Shown here: positions 26,901 through 36,500 of the stretch, in pieces
Layout of the letters: every line of letters starts with the position of its first letter
How positions within the stretch are numbered: the stretch's first letter is position 1
NCBI GenBank assembly: GCA_965113315.1
Contig: OZ220369.1
Reading direction: 5' to 3' (one strand)
Length of the DNA: 64,000 nucleotides
Origin: Podarcis vaucheri
Lineage: Eukaryota
Notes under the pieces: model-generated
Databases searched by the model: none
The model's input: only the letters and a program-made list of their open reading frames with translations
Told to the model about the DNA's origin: nothing
Position numbers and translations under genes: made by a program

Positions 26901-29900
26901 GGGGCTCCCTCGGCTCCAGCGATCTGGGGCCTTGAATGAGGGGGGTGGGGGGAAGGCTAAGGCTGCTGGTGCTGCTGGGCCGGCCTTCTGCTCTCCTCTT
27001 CTCCCCCACCCACCCCCATTTGCAACTCTTAGACGCGCAAACTGTTGGCTTTAAGAAAACCTCGCCCCCCTCACCCCCTCCCCTCTTTCCAAATGGGGAG
27101 CGGAAATGTGGAGCGCGCAAGGCCGCTGCTGCGCTTGGAAGAGCTTCTTCCCCACATTCCTAGCATGAGTATATAATCTTAAAAAAAAATATTGTGCGCG
27201 CGCGAGGTGAAAAGAGAGCTGCGTTTGCGGGAGGAGGAGGGGGGTGGGGAGCGAGGCGCGCAAAAAACATCGCCCCTTGCGCGCGCGCGGGCACGTTCCC
27301 GTTCGCTCGCCTCAGACGCATTCCAGGGCCCAGCCAGCAACCGCCAGTCCCTGGCGGGAGATGCCGGAGGGCAGGTGGCGGGGGAGCAAAGTAAGGGGGG
27401 TTCCCCCACACCCACCCACCCCGCCAAGGGCAAACGCCCTCGGTCCGCGGCGCAAAGACTCGCCAGCCTCCCTCCAATTCGGTGCCCTCGCTCGGCTCTC
27501 CCTCTGAGCGAGGGCGCGCAATCTCCCGGCTTGCTCAAAGCCTTGGCGTGTTAACACGAGACGCCGAACTTTGGACGTGTAAACGGAAAGGCCCCCTGTG
27601 TTCCCGTTCCCCACGGCGCGCTTGGGACAGAGGTCGAGGCCTGGAGGCCCGCCTCGGGAACGCGCGCGCCTGCACCTTGGGGGTCATTTATTTCGCTTTC
27701 GCTTTGGGCTCTCGCGCCCCGAGTAAAGCATGTCAGTTTTTCTTAGCTTCTCTTCTACATCCTGTTTTTGTGTGTGTGTGTGCGCGCGCGCGAAAGGCAG
27801 CTTGGCGGGCTGAACGAGGGAGGGTTGTTTGGTTGGTTGGGCGGGCTTGTTTGGGTCTTGGTTTTTGCTCTACTCCGCTTCATGAGGGGCGATGTGGGGG
27901 GGCGACTTTGGCCCAGCAGGTCGTGGAAGGAGGGGGCGTATGAAAAGAGCTTAAACGGGTGCATTTCCAGGGAAAAACGCGTGGGGAACACACTCCTTTT
28001 TCACCCAAACCACCAGTTCCTGTTTCCTCGTGACGAGTTCTTAGAGGCCTGTTAATCTCATCGGGGAGGCGTACATATATGCATGTGTGTGTATGTACAA
28101 CTGAGTTTAACGTATCACACTAGAGGATAGTAGAGGTTAAAAGAGAATAACTTCCTGCTTGAGAGTTGCCCTGAATACATTTTCAACCATTTCTCTCGGA
28201 ACTGGCTCTACTGTACGCCAGGTTCTTGGCGTGTGGCTATTTGGCGGCCCCGATCCCGGGAGCAAAGAGGCGTCGCGGGAGCGGCTAGGCCTGCGCCAGG
28301 GCCCTAACCCGACAGCTTCTCCGGCTCCCCAAGCCGAGGACAGCCTCGGCTGTGAAGCTGCGCCTTCCGGGCTGGCCCCTTCTCGGCTGGGCCTCGCCTC
28401 TCCAGCTCCTGGTATGTGTGCTCCGCGGTGGTCCCCGCTCCTTCCAGACCCTTCCACCGCCCCCTGCCAAACTGGCTGTAGATACAAGAAGGGCAGCTGG
28501 GGTGGGCTATAGAGGACCCTGCCTCCCCCTGCGGGGCTCATCTCTGGCAATTGGCTCAAGGAGCCCCCTGAGTTTTGGCATTGTCTCTCCGCGCGCGCCC
28601 CCACCTCGCCTCTCTCCAGGAGCTTTATGGAGCTGCCTGGATCGGGTCTGCTTTGGAGGAGGGGAGCCTTCCTTGACCAGCATGTGGGGCACCCTTTGCG
28701 GCCTTTCCCTCTGGAGAGATAGTCACGCTCCCTCTAGTGCAGTTCCTAATCGCCAGTCGCCCTTCTGTGGCGTGGATTCTTCCGAGCCGGGTTCTTCCGG
28801 GGCCCTCCGGCTGCTTCTCTTTCGGGCGGCGGCGACCCTCCAGCTAAATACCCCTCGGGGGTTTGTGGCAGCCTCGCTTATTGTTCTCGGGACTCTGGTT
28901 TTACCTCGCCGCGCAATTAAGCACAATTGCAGCGCCTTCACCAGCAGTGGCGTAGCGTGGGGGGTGCAGGGGGGCCGGCCGCAACATCTGGGGGTTAGGG
29001 GGCGCAAATCCATGGGTTGGGCGCAAATCCACGGGTTAGGGGGCGCAAATTACTTGCCTTGCCCCGGGTGCTGACAACCTACACTACGCCACTGGTGTCC
29101 ACTCTCTTGTCCACTAACCAGTGTTCCTGGGGAGATGCTGTGGAGGGCAGACATTGGTTCAGGAAGTGGGGACAGATACCATCTCCCTGTTAGTTGTGAT
29201 CCTCAAGCTGTTCTTGGAGCTACAGGGCCCTTGAATGCTGCCAAAGCCACCCACAAAGAGCAGAGAAACGGCTTGAGATCTGTTTCTTCTGTGACCCTCC
29301 CAAAAGCACTTGCGATTGGAAGTAAAAAATAGCTCCAGTAAAAGCATTTCCCAATTCAAAACAGAACTGCATATCGACTCCTCTCCCTCACCCCTCCACC
29401 CTCTCTAGCATTTCCCATTTTTGCAGACGTTGAGGTACAAAATGTATCAGATTAGTTGGATGGGAAATAAAAACACCCTTCCAAGGCTTTGAGGTGGTTC
29501 TGATGCTTGGGGGACCAGTTTGCTTTGCCACAGATTGTTTTGGAATAACTTTTGATTCTCAGGGAGTCTGAATACCTCTGAAGCAAAGGGAATCACCTTG
29601 GATTTGTGCCTCATTGAAGATGTTTGCGCACAATTACTAAATTGCATTCAACCTTTTCATGCCCGAGTCCATCTTTAATCCTGACCTGCAGTGGAGGGAG
29701 TAACTTCTAAATTTTAAGCATGTGTCTCTTGAGGAGTTTGGGTGGCCTTCTATCTGGACACACACACTTCAGCCAGTGATGCTTTGGGATCTCAAATTTC
29801 AGTGGCACCCTGTGTGACACTAAAAATTGCTGACCCCCCACCTCTCACGCTCTGTTCTACAGCATTGTTGTGGCGCCCCCTGCAGCATGGCTGAATCAGT

Positions 29901-30144
29901 TGCACTACCCTGAAAGCGCCTCTGCTTCAGCTCTGAGTGTTTGGCAGCTGGTTCAACAACAAAGCCCTGAAAGGGGAATGTCATTGCCACTCCTTGAGCT
30001 GTTGCTAGCCTATTTGTTTTTCCCTTTCAGTTTACTCTGCCATTTGCCTGGAAGTACAGTTGCTGCATTGACCTGCTGATAAAAAAAGGTTACTTTCAAT
30101 CACTCTCTCATTTTGCCATAGGAAAATATTTACAGAAACCTTAA
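6542..30144 (+). CDS. KCTD19: KCTD19 (BTB/POZ domain protein, meiotic prophase regulator), complete 16-exon CDS, 2766 nt / 921 aa
   Basis: join(6542-6544,6916-7221,10175-10325,13094-13285,13725-13856,14028-14250,14817-14977,16633-16730,17974-18116,18890-18973,20006-20111,20727-21327,23505-23699,24923-25077,25441-25542,30031-30144). All introns are GT-AG and phases are consistent. Motifs [43 protein letters not shown] and FTLPFAWKY match recalled human KCTD19. Confidence 0.95.
6916..7221 (+). CDS. KCTD19: KCTD19 exon 2 (BTB domain 1)
   Basis: [44 protein letters not shown]...LLQLTPLLQ; flanked by AG and GT. Confidence 0.95.
8360..8780. mobile_element. Non-autonomous hAT element (421 bp)
   Basis: Perfect 8-bp TSD GATGAGGC at 8352-8359 and 8781-8788; imperfect terminal inverted repeats (TIRs) CATAGGCGCCGACT / AGTCCGCGTCCCTG; CpG-rich interior. 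Confidence 0.85.
8983..9288. mobile_element. Foldback MITE (PIF/Harbinger-like), copy 1
   Basis: Long imperfect inverted repeat GGACTCATTCAGAC...GTCTGGATGAGCC flanked by TAA/TTA; shares the GGAAAACCCAC...AATTGGAACAAA core with the copies at 44113 and 51569. Confidence 0.65.
10175..10325 (+). CDS. KCTD19: KCTD19 exon 3
   Basis: [50 protein letters not shown]. Confidence 0.95.
11916..11948 (+). repeat. (TA)n microsatellite
   Basis: Seen directly. Confidence 0.9.
12086..12344. mobile_element. Tc1/mariner (pogo/Tigger-like) MITE
   Basis: TIRs CCGTATTTTTCGCTCTATAAGAC / GTCTTATAGAGCAAAAAATACGG with TA on both sides. Confidence 0.85.
13094..13285 (+). CDS. KCTD19: KCTD19 exon 4
   Basis: [29 protein letters not shown]...[10 protein letters not shown]; donor GTAAGC. 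Confidence 0.95.
13725..13856 (+). CDS. KCTD19: KCTD19 exon 5
   Basis: [43 protein letters not shown]. Confidence 0.93.
14028..14250 (+). CDS. KCTD19: KCTD19 exon 6
   Basis: ...[40 protein letters not shown]. Confidence 0.93.
14817..14977 (+). CDS. KCTD19: KCTD19 exon 7
   Basis: [53 protein letters not shown]. Confidence 0.93.
15640..15820. mobile_element. hAT MITE (181 bp)
   Basis: TIRs CACTGGCGGAG / CTCCGCCACTG; 8-bp TSD TCTGTAAG / TCTGCAAG (1 mismatch). Confidence 0.8.
16633..16730 (+). CDS. KCTD19: KCTD19 exon 8
   Basis: [32 protein letters not shown]. Confidence 0.92.
17974..18116 (+). CDS. KCTD19: KCTD19 exon 9
   Basis: [47 protein letters not shown]. Confidence 0.95.
18890..18973 (+). 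CDS. KCTD19: KCTD19 exon 10
   Basis: [27 protein letters not shown]. Confidence 0.92.
19440..19790 (-). mobile_element. CR1 LINE ORF2 fragment
   Basis: Reverse-strand similarity to CR1 3' ORF2 (GCAGTATTCCAA...TCCTAGCATGGAAT...TTTTCACAGCTG); related to the copies at 22570-23350 and 50200-50475. Confidence 0.6.
20006..20111 (+). CDS. KCTD19: KCTD19 exon 11
   Basis: [35 protein letters not shown]; donor GTAAGG gives phase 0, matching the next exon. Confidence 0.85.
20140..20420. mobile_element. CR1-related 3' end repeat
   Basis: AAGAACATAAGAAGAGCCTGCTGGATC...CCATCTAGTC motif, which recurs at about 51045-51150 and 62995-63070. Confidence 0.6.
20727..21327 (+). CDS. KCTD19: KCTD19 exon 12 (large, low conservation)
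   Basis: Strong polypyrimidine acceptor; open frame containing the conserved [15 protein letters not shown] motif; donor GTGAGT. Confidence 0.9.
22570..23350 (+). mobile_element. CR1 LINE reverse-transcriptase fragment (degenerate)
   Basis: Decayed RT-like segments (GCCAAGTTTGCTGGTGGTACCAAA, resembling KFADDTK; TGGGCAATAAAATGGCAAATGAAATT, resembling WAxKWQMKF). Confidence 0.7.
23505..23699 (+). CDS. KCTD19: KCTD19 exon 13
   Basis: ...[34 protein letters not shown]... Confidence 0.9.
24923..25077 (+). CDS. KCTD19: KCTD19 exon 14
   Basis: [51 protein letters not shown]. Confidence 0.95.
25441..25542 (+). CDS. KCTD19: KCTD19 exon 15
   Basis: [34 protein letters not shown]; donor GTAAGT. Confidence 0.93.
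25956..26367 (-). mobile_element. Solo LTR (412 bp) in KCTD19 intron 15
   Basis: Termini TGTT...AACA; 5-bp TSD GGGAA at 25951-25955 and 26368-26372; minus-strand AATAAA at 26139-26144. Confidence 0.75.
26637..29094. mobile_element. Composite non-autonomous hAT element carrying about 2.2 kb of CpG-island-like cargo (Pack-hAT candidate)
   Basis: Left TIR CAGTGGCGTAG at 26637; right TIR CTACGCCACTG ending at 29094; perfect 8-bp TSD GTGTCCAC at 26629-26636 and 29095-29102; second left end at 28945; no transposase ORF. Confidence 0.85.
30031..30144 (+). CDS. KCTD19: KCTD19 exon 16 (terminal coding exon)
   Basis: [37 protein letters not shown]; stop TAA at 30142-30144. Confidence 0.93.
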   Translation, partial: FTLPFAWKYSCCIDLLIKKGYFQSLSHFAIGKYLQKP

Positions 30145-30148
30145 TAAA
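30143..30148 (+). terminator. Candidate KCTD19 polyadenylation signal overlapping the stop codon
   Basis: CCT-TAATAAAAC contains AATAAA at 30143-30148; T-rich sequence follows. Confidence 0.55.
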
Positions 30149-31229
30149 ACTGAAATCCTTTGTTTCCTCCATCCAGATAAATCGGCTGCTCCCTTCATGT
30201 GTATCTATTTAACTGGCAACAGGAGCCATGTAGAAACTTAGTGGGGGTATTAAAGTGGCACACAGGGAGAAGTGCTAAATTCTCTGCCCACAGAGCAGGG
30301 GCCTTCATTTGCCTGCGCTGCTGTCTGAAGTGATACAGTTCTGAATTCTGCTACCTTAGTGAATTGCTCTGTGTAATGTGTGAAAGAGGACCAAGAGACA
30401 GCATGTAAGTTCTCCCCTCCTACTTGCAGCAGGATGTAGGGCAGACAGCATCCCTCCAGCAAGCCCCCAAGTCCCATATTTCCTCAAAAAGGGGCAGCTT
30501 GCTCTCTTGCCTGGGTGAGCCTGCTGCAAAGAGGCCACCTGCACCCCTCTGGCTTCTCCTGCTTCATGGGAGCCTTCCAAGGCACAGGTAGGGCCTCATG
30601 GTGGAGTCTCTTTCAACATCCCTGCTCTGGCCTGTCCCCTTGATGGTCTTACAGGGCAGAGCTGCAGCACACTTGGCCTGATGTCACAACTGGCCACCTG
30701 TTTGGGTGTCTTTCTAGCTGGACTGATTACGACACATACACACTTTTCACACAAGGGCTTTACTCTGGAATTTCCCTTTCACTTTTATAGGCAATACACA
30801 TGGTATTGTAATGAATTTGCTGGCTTGCTGTGTTCAGTGTCTATATTTATTTCATTAATGGATCACTCCTGAAATGAATGAACAATAAGAACACCACCCA
30901 TAAATACCTATATAAGAAAGAAGTTCAGGTCCAATGCCTATGCAGACTGGGATAAAAATGTTCTCTTGAAAGGCTTGTTGGAAAAGGAAGGGAAAGGAAC
31001 TTACTCGGAAGTAAGTTCAGCTGACTGTAATGGGACTTACTCCCAGTGTGTACGGAAGGGTTGCAGCTGAAGCTTCTTCTCAGAGTGGATAGGTGTGCCT
31101 TTTCTTCTCTCTCTTCCCCACACCCCTGCACATCAGTCCAACCCAAGCCACCCACTGGCAGAAATCCTGGCTCCTGCTGCATAAGCTACTTCCATAGATG
31201 GTTTTGTAACGGTATTAGAGAATCAACTG

Positions 31230-33502
31230 AAAGTGTTTTTTTAACACTGCATTTATTATTTGCACAGTTTAAATATGATAATATAATAAAGAAGATTGCA
31301 CTTTCAGAGAAGCCTCCCTACAGCCAACCTGTGATACCTATTTTTGCTGCTGCCCAGCCAACCTGGGTTTGAAGTACTGAGGAGCAGGAGCAAGGCAGGG
31401 AAGGATGTTTCAAAATATTTTCCTCTTGCTCTCTTTCCCATTTTGTTTATGCAAACCTAGGGAGGGGAAATAGTTTTGCTCAGTCTTTCGTGTGTGTTGA
31501 TGAACAGCCATCAGCCTTATTGGGCTAAATTAATTTTTATATCACACGTCAGCAGACTCAAAACCACTTAAACTTGAGCAAAGCCACTTCACTTTCCTTT
31601 CAGTTCACATAAAAAATAGAGAGTTGAGTTTAAAATGCTGTTCTTCCTCTATTGTACAGATGCTTTCATAATGTCAAAATATCTCTACCCATATGGAATT
31701 GCAAAAGCAAAATTAGTCAGATCTTGTGATGACAATAGTCAAAAGCTCTTAGAAATGATCACATGCAATCAAGCTAAAATGTACTGTAAGAAACAACTTT
31801 TATTAAGTAATTCAGTCAAACTTTGAACATAACATTAGTGCCAGGCAGGCATACATTAAGGATTTTTTTCCAGCAATGAAAAAAACTGCCCAGCACAAGT
31901 AATTCCAGATACTGATTCATCCAAAATTGATCCCAGGCTTCCTCCAGTTTTCTGGGAAACACTTTGTTTATAAAAGTCAAAGTTATATTAACCAAGAAAC
32001 ATTACTTGGAAGTTTCTAAAGTCATCCCTTTCCAGCTGTGCTGCAGGTGATAGTATACCAAAGAGCTCTAGTATTCCATTCTTTGTGGGGAGTGGGCTGA
32101 AGAAATTCAGTTCATTAAATAAATGTAAAATAAGGGTTATATTTACAGCTCATGGGTTTTGGTATGAAATGGGAATATGGGTAGTAAATGGGAGGCAAGG
32201 GAGAGGCACTTGTGGACTAAAGCCAGAAGTAGAAGCACAACAGCAGAGAACTGTGTGGCACACAATTCCAGTACTGCCTGGCTTCCAGATGCTTGAGGTT
32301 CAGAAAATTGCCAGTACTTCCTCAGCTAGGTTGGCAGAAATGGCTTAGAAATGCCTCTACTAGCAATGACCTGTTCCTGACTTGCCTTGGCAGGTAGATC
32401 ACTGTGAACTCAAGTGCATTATTTCCCCTTAAGTCAAAGGAGACTGACCACTGTCCCTTGGGTCGGATCCCAGCTGGAGGTTCAGAAATGCTTAACAGCT
32501 TGTTCTACACATGAAGCAAAATAAGATATAACACTTCAGGTAGCAAATGAGAACTCCCATTTTAGAATGCTCCCCTAATGGGAAAGCGCCCTGCGGGTTA
32601 AAAACTAGCACACCAGGAAGAAAACTCTATGATTAGGTTCTTACCTGCTGTGCTAGCTTTCTATGTTCATGGACTATTTTTTGTGCAAAATTCAATAAAT
32701 GTTAAAATGTTTTTCTCTTACTTGCCCTCTGCAATGTCATTGCCCATTCTGATGCCTCTGGATTTCACCCCCTCATTCCACTGCATATTCAGACCCCCAC
32801 CCCCTGTAAGTGCTGCCCTGTGGATTAATTTAGTTTCCTAACAATGAACAGAAAGAAACAACTCTTCTAGTGACAACTTGGCTCTGAGGCACCTGTGGAA
32901 TCTGCTAATGAAGCAATTAGTGGTATGGACAAGGAAATAAATTATCTCAAGACCAGGCAAACCTATACAAAGAACTGGCCTGGATAACAAAGGAGGTTAC
33001 TCTTTTTTCAAAAAATAAATACTTTGTTTCTTTATTCTGCCCTTTGAAAAAGTTTTTTTCCTAAATGTGCAGCTTGTGGAACAAAGCAAGTCAACTGTAA
33101 AAAAGACAAGTGACCAGCCAACATCTATCTCTCTGATCCATACCCTCAACGTACTCAATGTTTCTCTATCCGTAGCCACATTAGGACCACCAAAACTTGA
33201 CAACTCTCCCCCTAAACCCCCTCCCTCAACAATGGCGCCCAAACCTTTCACTGCTGCTGCTCACTGGGCTGCCTTGTAAAACAGCAGTAGAAGGCAGCAG
33301 GAACTCACACCTGCACTGGGGGCACTCAACTCACTCCACAATTCAGTCACACAAACAAAGGCATTTTCATGTCCAGTGCTGTGGCCCAATCTAGTTAATT
33401 GCTCAGTATTCTCCACTACTATTATGGGCTCCCGGGTGCTGTGTGGGGACATACACAGGTTCCTTCTTCTTGTCTCCTGAGAAACATCACGGAAACCAGC
33501 GT
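31230..33502 (-). other. Probable PLEKHG4 3' UTR with several candidate poly(A) signals
   Basis: AT-rich stretch with no repeats I could recognise; minus-strand AATAAA at 33031-33036, 31799-31804 and 31252-31257. Confidence 0.5.
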
Positions 33503-33508
33503 TTAGAC
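33503..33508 (-). CDS. PLEKHG4: PLEKHG4 terminal exon coding part (Val + stop)
   Basis: Acceptor TGTGTTGCAG|GTC TAA, phase 0 as required. Confidence 0.65.
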   Translation of the reverse strand, partial: V

Positions 33509-36500
33509 CTGCAACACAGCATCATCCATGATCAGGGGACTCTGGGAGATTTGAACATAGATCCATGGTGAAAGGAAGGACTGGCTCTCCCCCCCCCCCC
33601 GCCCCCAAATCCTGCTTGGTGTGGGCCAGAGGAGCAGCATGTGCCACAAGCACCTGCAAACCAAGGATCCTGCCCACCCCACCCTGCCAGTCTCTAGCCC
33701 AGGAGCTGGATCCACCTCCCATCAACTCCAGCCAAGAATGATGAGAACTGATAGTTCAGCCGCATCCCAAGGGCCTCCTGTATTCCACTAAGGAAAACTC
33801 CCAGTCTCCCAACCCCAACTGCTGATTTCTAAAGTGGGGCCTCACACACTTTGTTTTGCAGAAATGGCTCAAGTTGGCTTCCCATGGTCTGTTGGAAGGA
33901 TAGAGTGTCAAGGCCACAGACAGGGCTGAGGTTCCCTGGGCAAGGCAGGGAGGACTAGTGATTCTATGGCCTGGATCCCTTGGGCACATTGGCAAGGTCC
34001 TGTCCACTTACCGCTGAAACGTACTGGCTTTTGGGGAAACAGGTTTTCTGCTCTGTGGGGGAGGGAAAAGCAGAGCCTTCGGGGATGGGGAGGGGTGAGC
34101 CAAGGTCTTCACAGAAGCTCTCCTGCGGAGCGCTGGATACGCAGCCACTGTCGGAGCCACTGGAGCCGCTCCTGGACATGCATTGGGAGGAGGATTCTGA
34201 GCTCTCAGTCGCTGGGGACAAAAAGAAATTCAGCCATTAGACAAAAGAGTCCATCAGGGGTAGAAGTATATCCCAGCCAGATGTGTAAGAAACTGCAGCC
34301 CAAAGAACCCACTCAGCTTCTGGGGAGCAGATACAGCAATGCTCTAAACACTTCCAACCTTTCCACGTTCTAGTTTAGGCCACACTCTGACTGTCCATCC
34401 CATGCTCAATGACTAGCTTATGATCTATACCAGGCTCTCCTTTTGGACTGCTTGCCCCCATTTCTAAGGTTTATAGTGCCCTCCCTTTCTTCTCAGTGTC
34501 CTTAGGAACCACAGCAGTTGGAACTGGGGAACCATCACAAAACAGCAAGTAAGTGCACAGGGGGAGGATAGCTTGCAAGAGGGCCAGAAAGTAAAGTTGC
34601 TCATAGCATGAGTGAACGATGCAGCCATGGACTGAAAGTGAGAGTCTAGAATCTCTCTCTCTCCCCCCATCCCCCATTCTGCCAAGCCAAGCAGCCATCT
34701 GCAACACACAATGGTTTTAGAAACTCCCAGAGAGCAAGGATGGCTTCTGAACAGGGCTGAGAGAACTGAGGGCTCGTACGTACTCATGGAAGGCTGGCTG
34801 CTGGTCTCGTTCTCCATCTCATCCTCCTCTATGCATGTGCCCGCATCCAAGGAGTGGCTGGTTGAGAGCATGCTGGGCAGCAGAGACTGGTTCAGGTACA
34901 TGTGCAAGTTGAGAGGCCCAAGCACTGTGCAGGAGGAGGATGGGCTGCCAGCAGGCAGTGGCGTTTGCGACCTCTTGTAAGGGTTGGCGTGGTCAAACAG
35001 AGAGACGGCAATAGAAGCCCGAGTCCTGGCTCCTGCCACAGAGCAAAAAAGGGGAGAAGCAAGTCATGAAGAGCTGGATAGCAGCTGCGTGGGTCCTTGA
35101 GGGGGGCTGGGGTGTGAGAGGGTGAGGTAGACTTACCCCTGCCTTTCATAATGTAATCAATGGCACGGTCATGGATGGCAGCTTCACTCGGCTTGATGTC
35201 CAGAAAAGGCTTGTTCCCCACACCCATGGACACCATCTCCTGCATGCGGATCTCTGGGGGTGACAACAACCATGAGGAACATGCCTAGCCTCACCAAAAA
35301 GCAGCTCTGTGAGTTCTCAGGGCCACCAAACCTAGCCTCAGTTTCTGGCAAGACAAGCAGATTTCTGGTAGAAGGGGCAACTTAGATCAAACTTGGTCCA
35401 CCAGGTGACATAGCTTGGCTGCCTCTGGAGTAGCAGCTCTGGGCACAAGGAGTCCTAAAGGACAAAGCAACCACCAGACCAAGAAGCTTGTCCCAGGCAG
35501 TTGTCAATGCTCTAGTTAATCTCTCCCAAGAAAGTAATCTTGCTGGCATCTCCCAGGTATTACATGTTAGCCAGCGGAAAAACAACTGCTGGTAGTATTG
35601 GGGAGGGTCACCTGGTGCAGTGAAGTCCTGGGCTCCTGGGCCTTGCCTAGCTGGCACTTGCAGCTCTCCTCCCTTTTGCATATACCACGACAAACTGCCC
35701 CCCCTCTCTCGGACACAGGACAGAGCACCTCTATTTCGTGTGACCAGTCACTCTAGTGGGAGTGGGGGCTTCCATGGAGAATCCCAGGAACCAATGACCT
35801 ACTTTATGTCTGCAACTGTCATGCCCGGAGAAGAACCTGGAGGCCCTATCCAACAAGCCTTCTATGCTGCCCCCTGCTTCCATGAGCCACTAATTCTGGC
35901 AGAAAGGATTCAATGGTCCCACAGGGAAGAGGGTGCCTGGGCTTTACTGACGCCAACCTTTATTGCGGGCAGCCTGCTCCCACAGGATCTTGGTAATGTC
36001 ACTGGTCCAGGCCAGCTTGGTCTCGGGGCTACTGGCCTGCAGGACGTAGGTGTCACTCGATTTCCGCCTTCTAAACCAGATCTCAAAGCGCAGCCCACTC
36101 TCGCCGGAGTTCTCAGTCAGGCCAATGTCTGCTGTCTGCAGGGACAGAGCAAGTGAGTCAGCAAGCCAGGAGGCAATTGGGGTCACATGCTGGGCTGAGG
36201 GTATACATGGTGAGGCAGAGGCGGCTCCTGAGCTGCTGCCATGATGATCCACCTCAATGGTGTGGTGTGATTTAGTGCTTACAAATGGGAAAGAGGTTCA
36301 CTCTGAAAAGTTCAGCCTTGGTAAGCTTGACAGGGAAGGTGACGTAAGATGCGCTTGGGAACATGAAGGTGTGAAAGCCCTGCCCTCCAACTCACACAGC
36401 CCACAAGCCGCACGTGGGCTCCAGAAAAACCCTAGTGCCACTGCCTACTGGCTAACTGAGCATCTGGTTGCAATGCATGCACACACCTTGATGTATCAAA

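Noticed and set aside
28352-29074. 240-aa ORF and other long ORFs inside the CpG-rich insert
   Set aside because: Non-ATG start, low-complexity GC-driven composition, no transposase or other recognisable motif, and it runs into MITE sequence.
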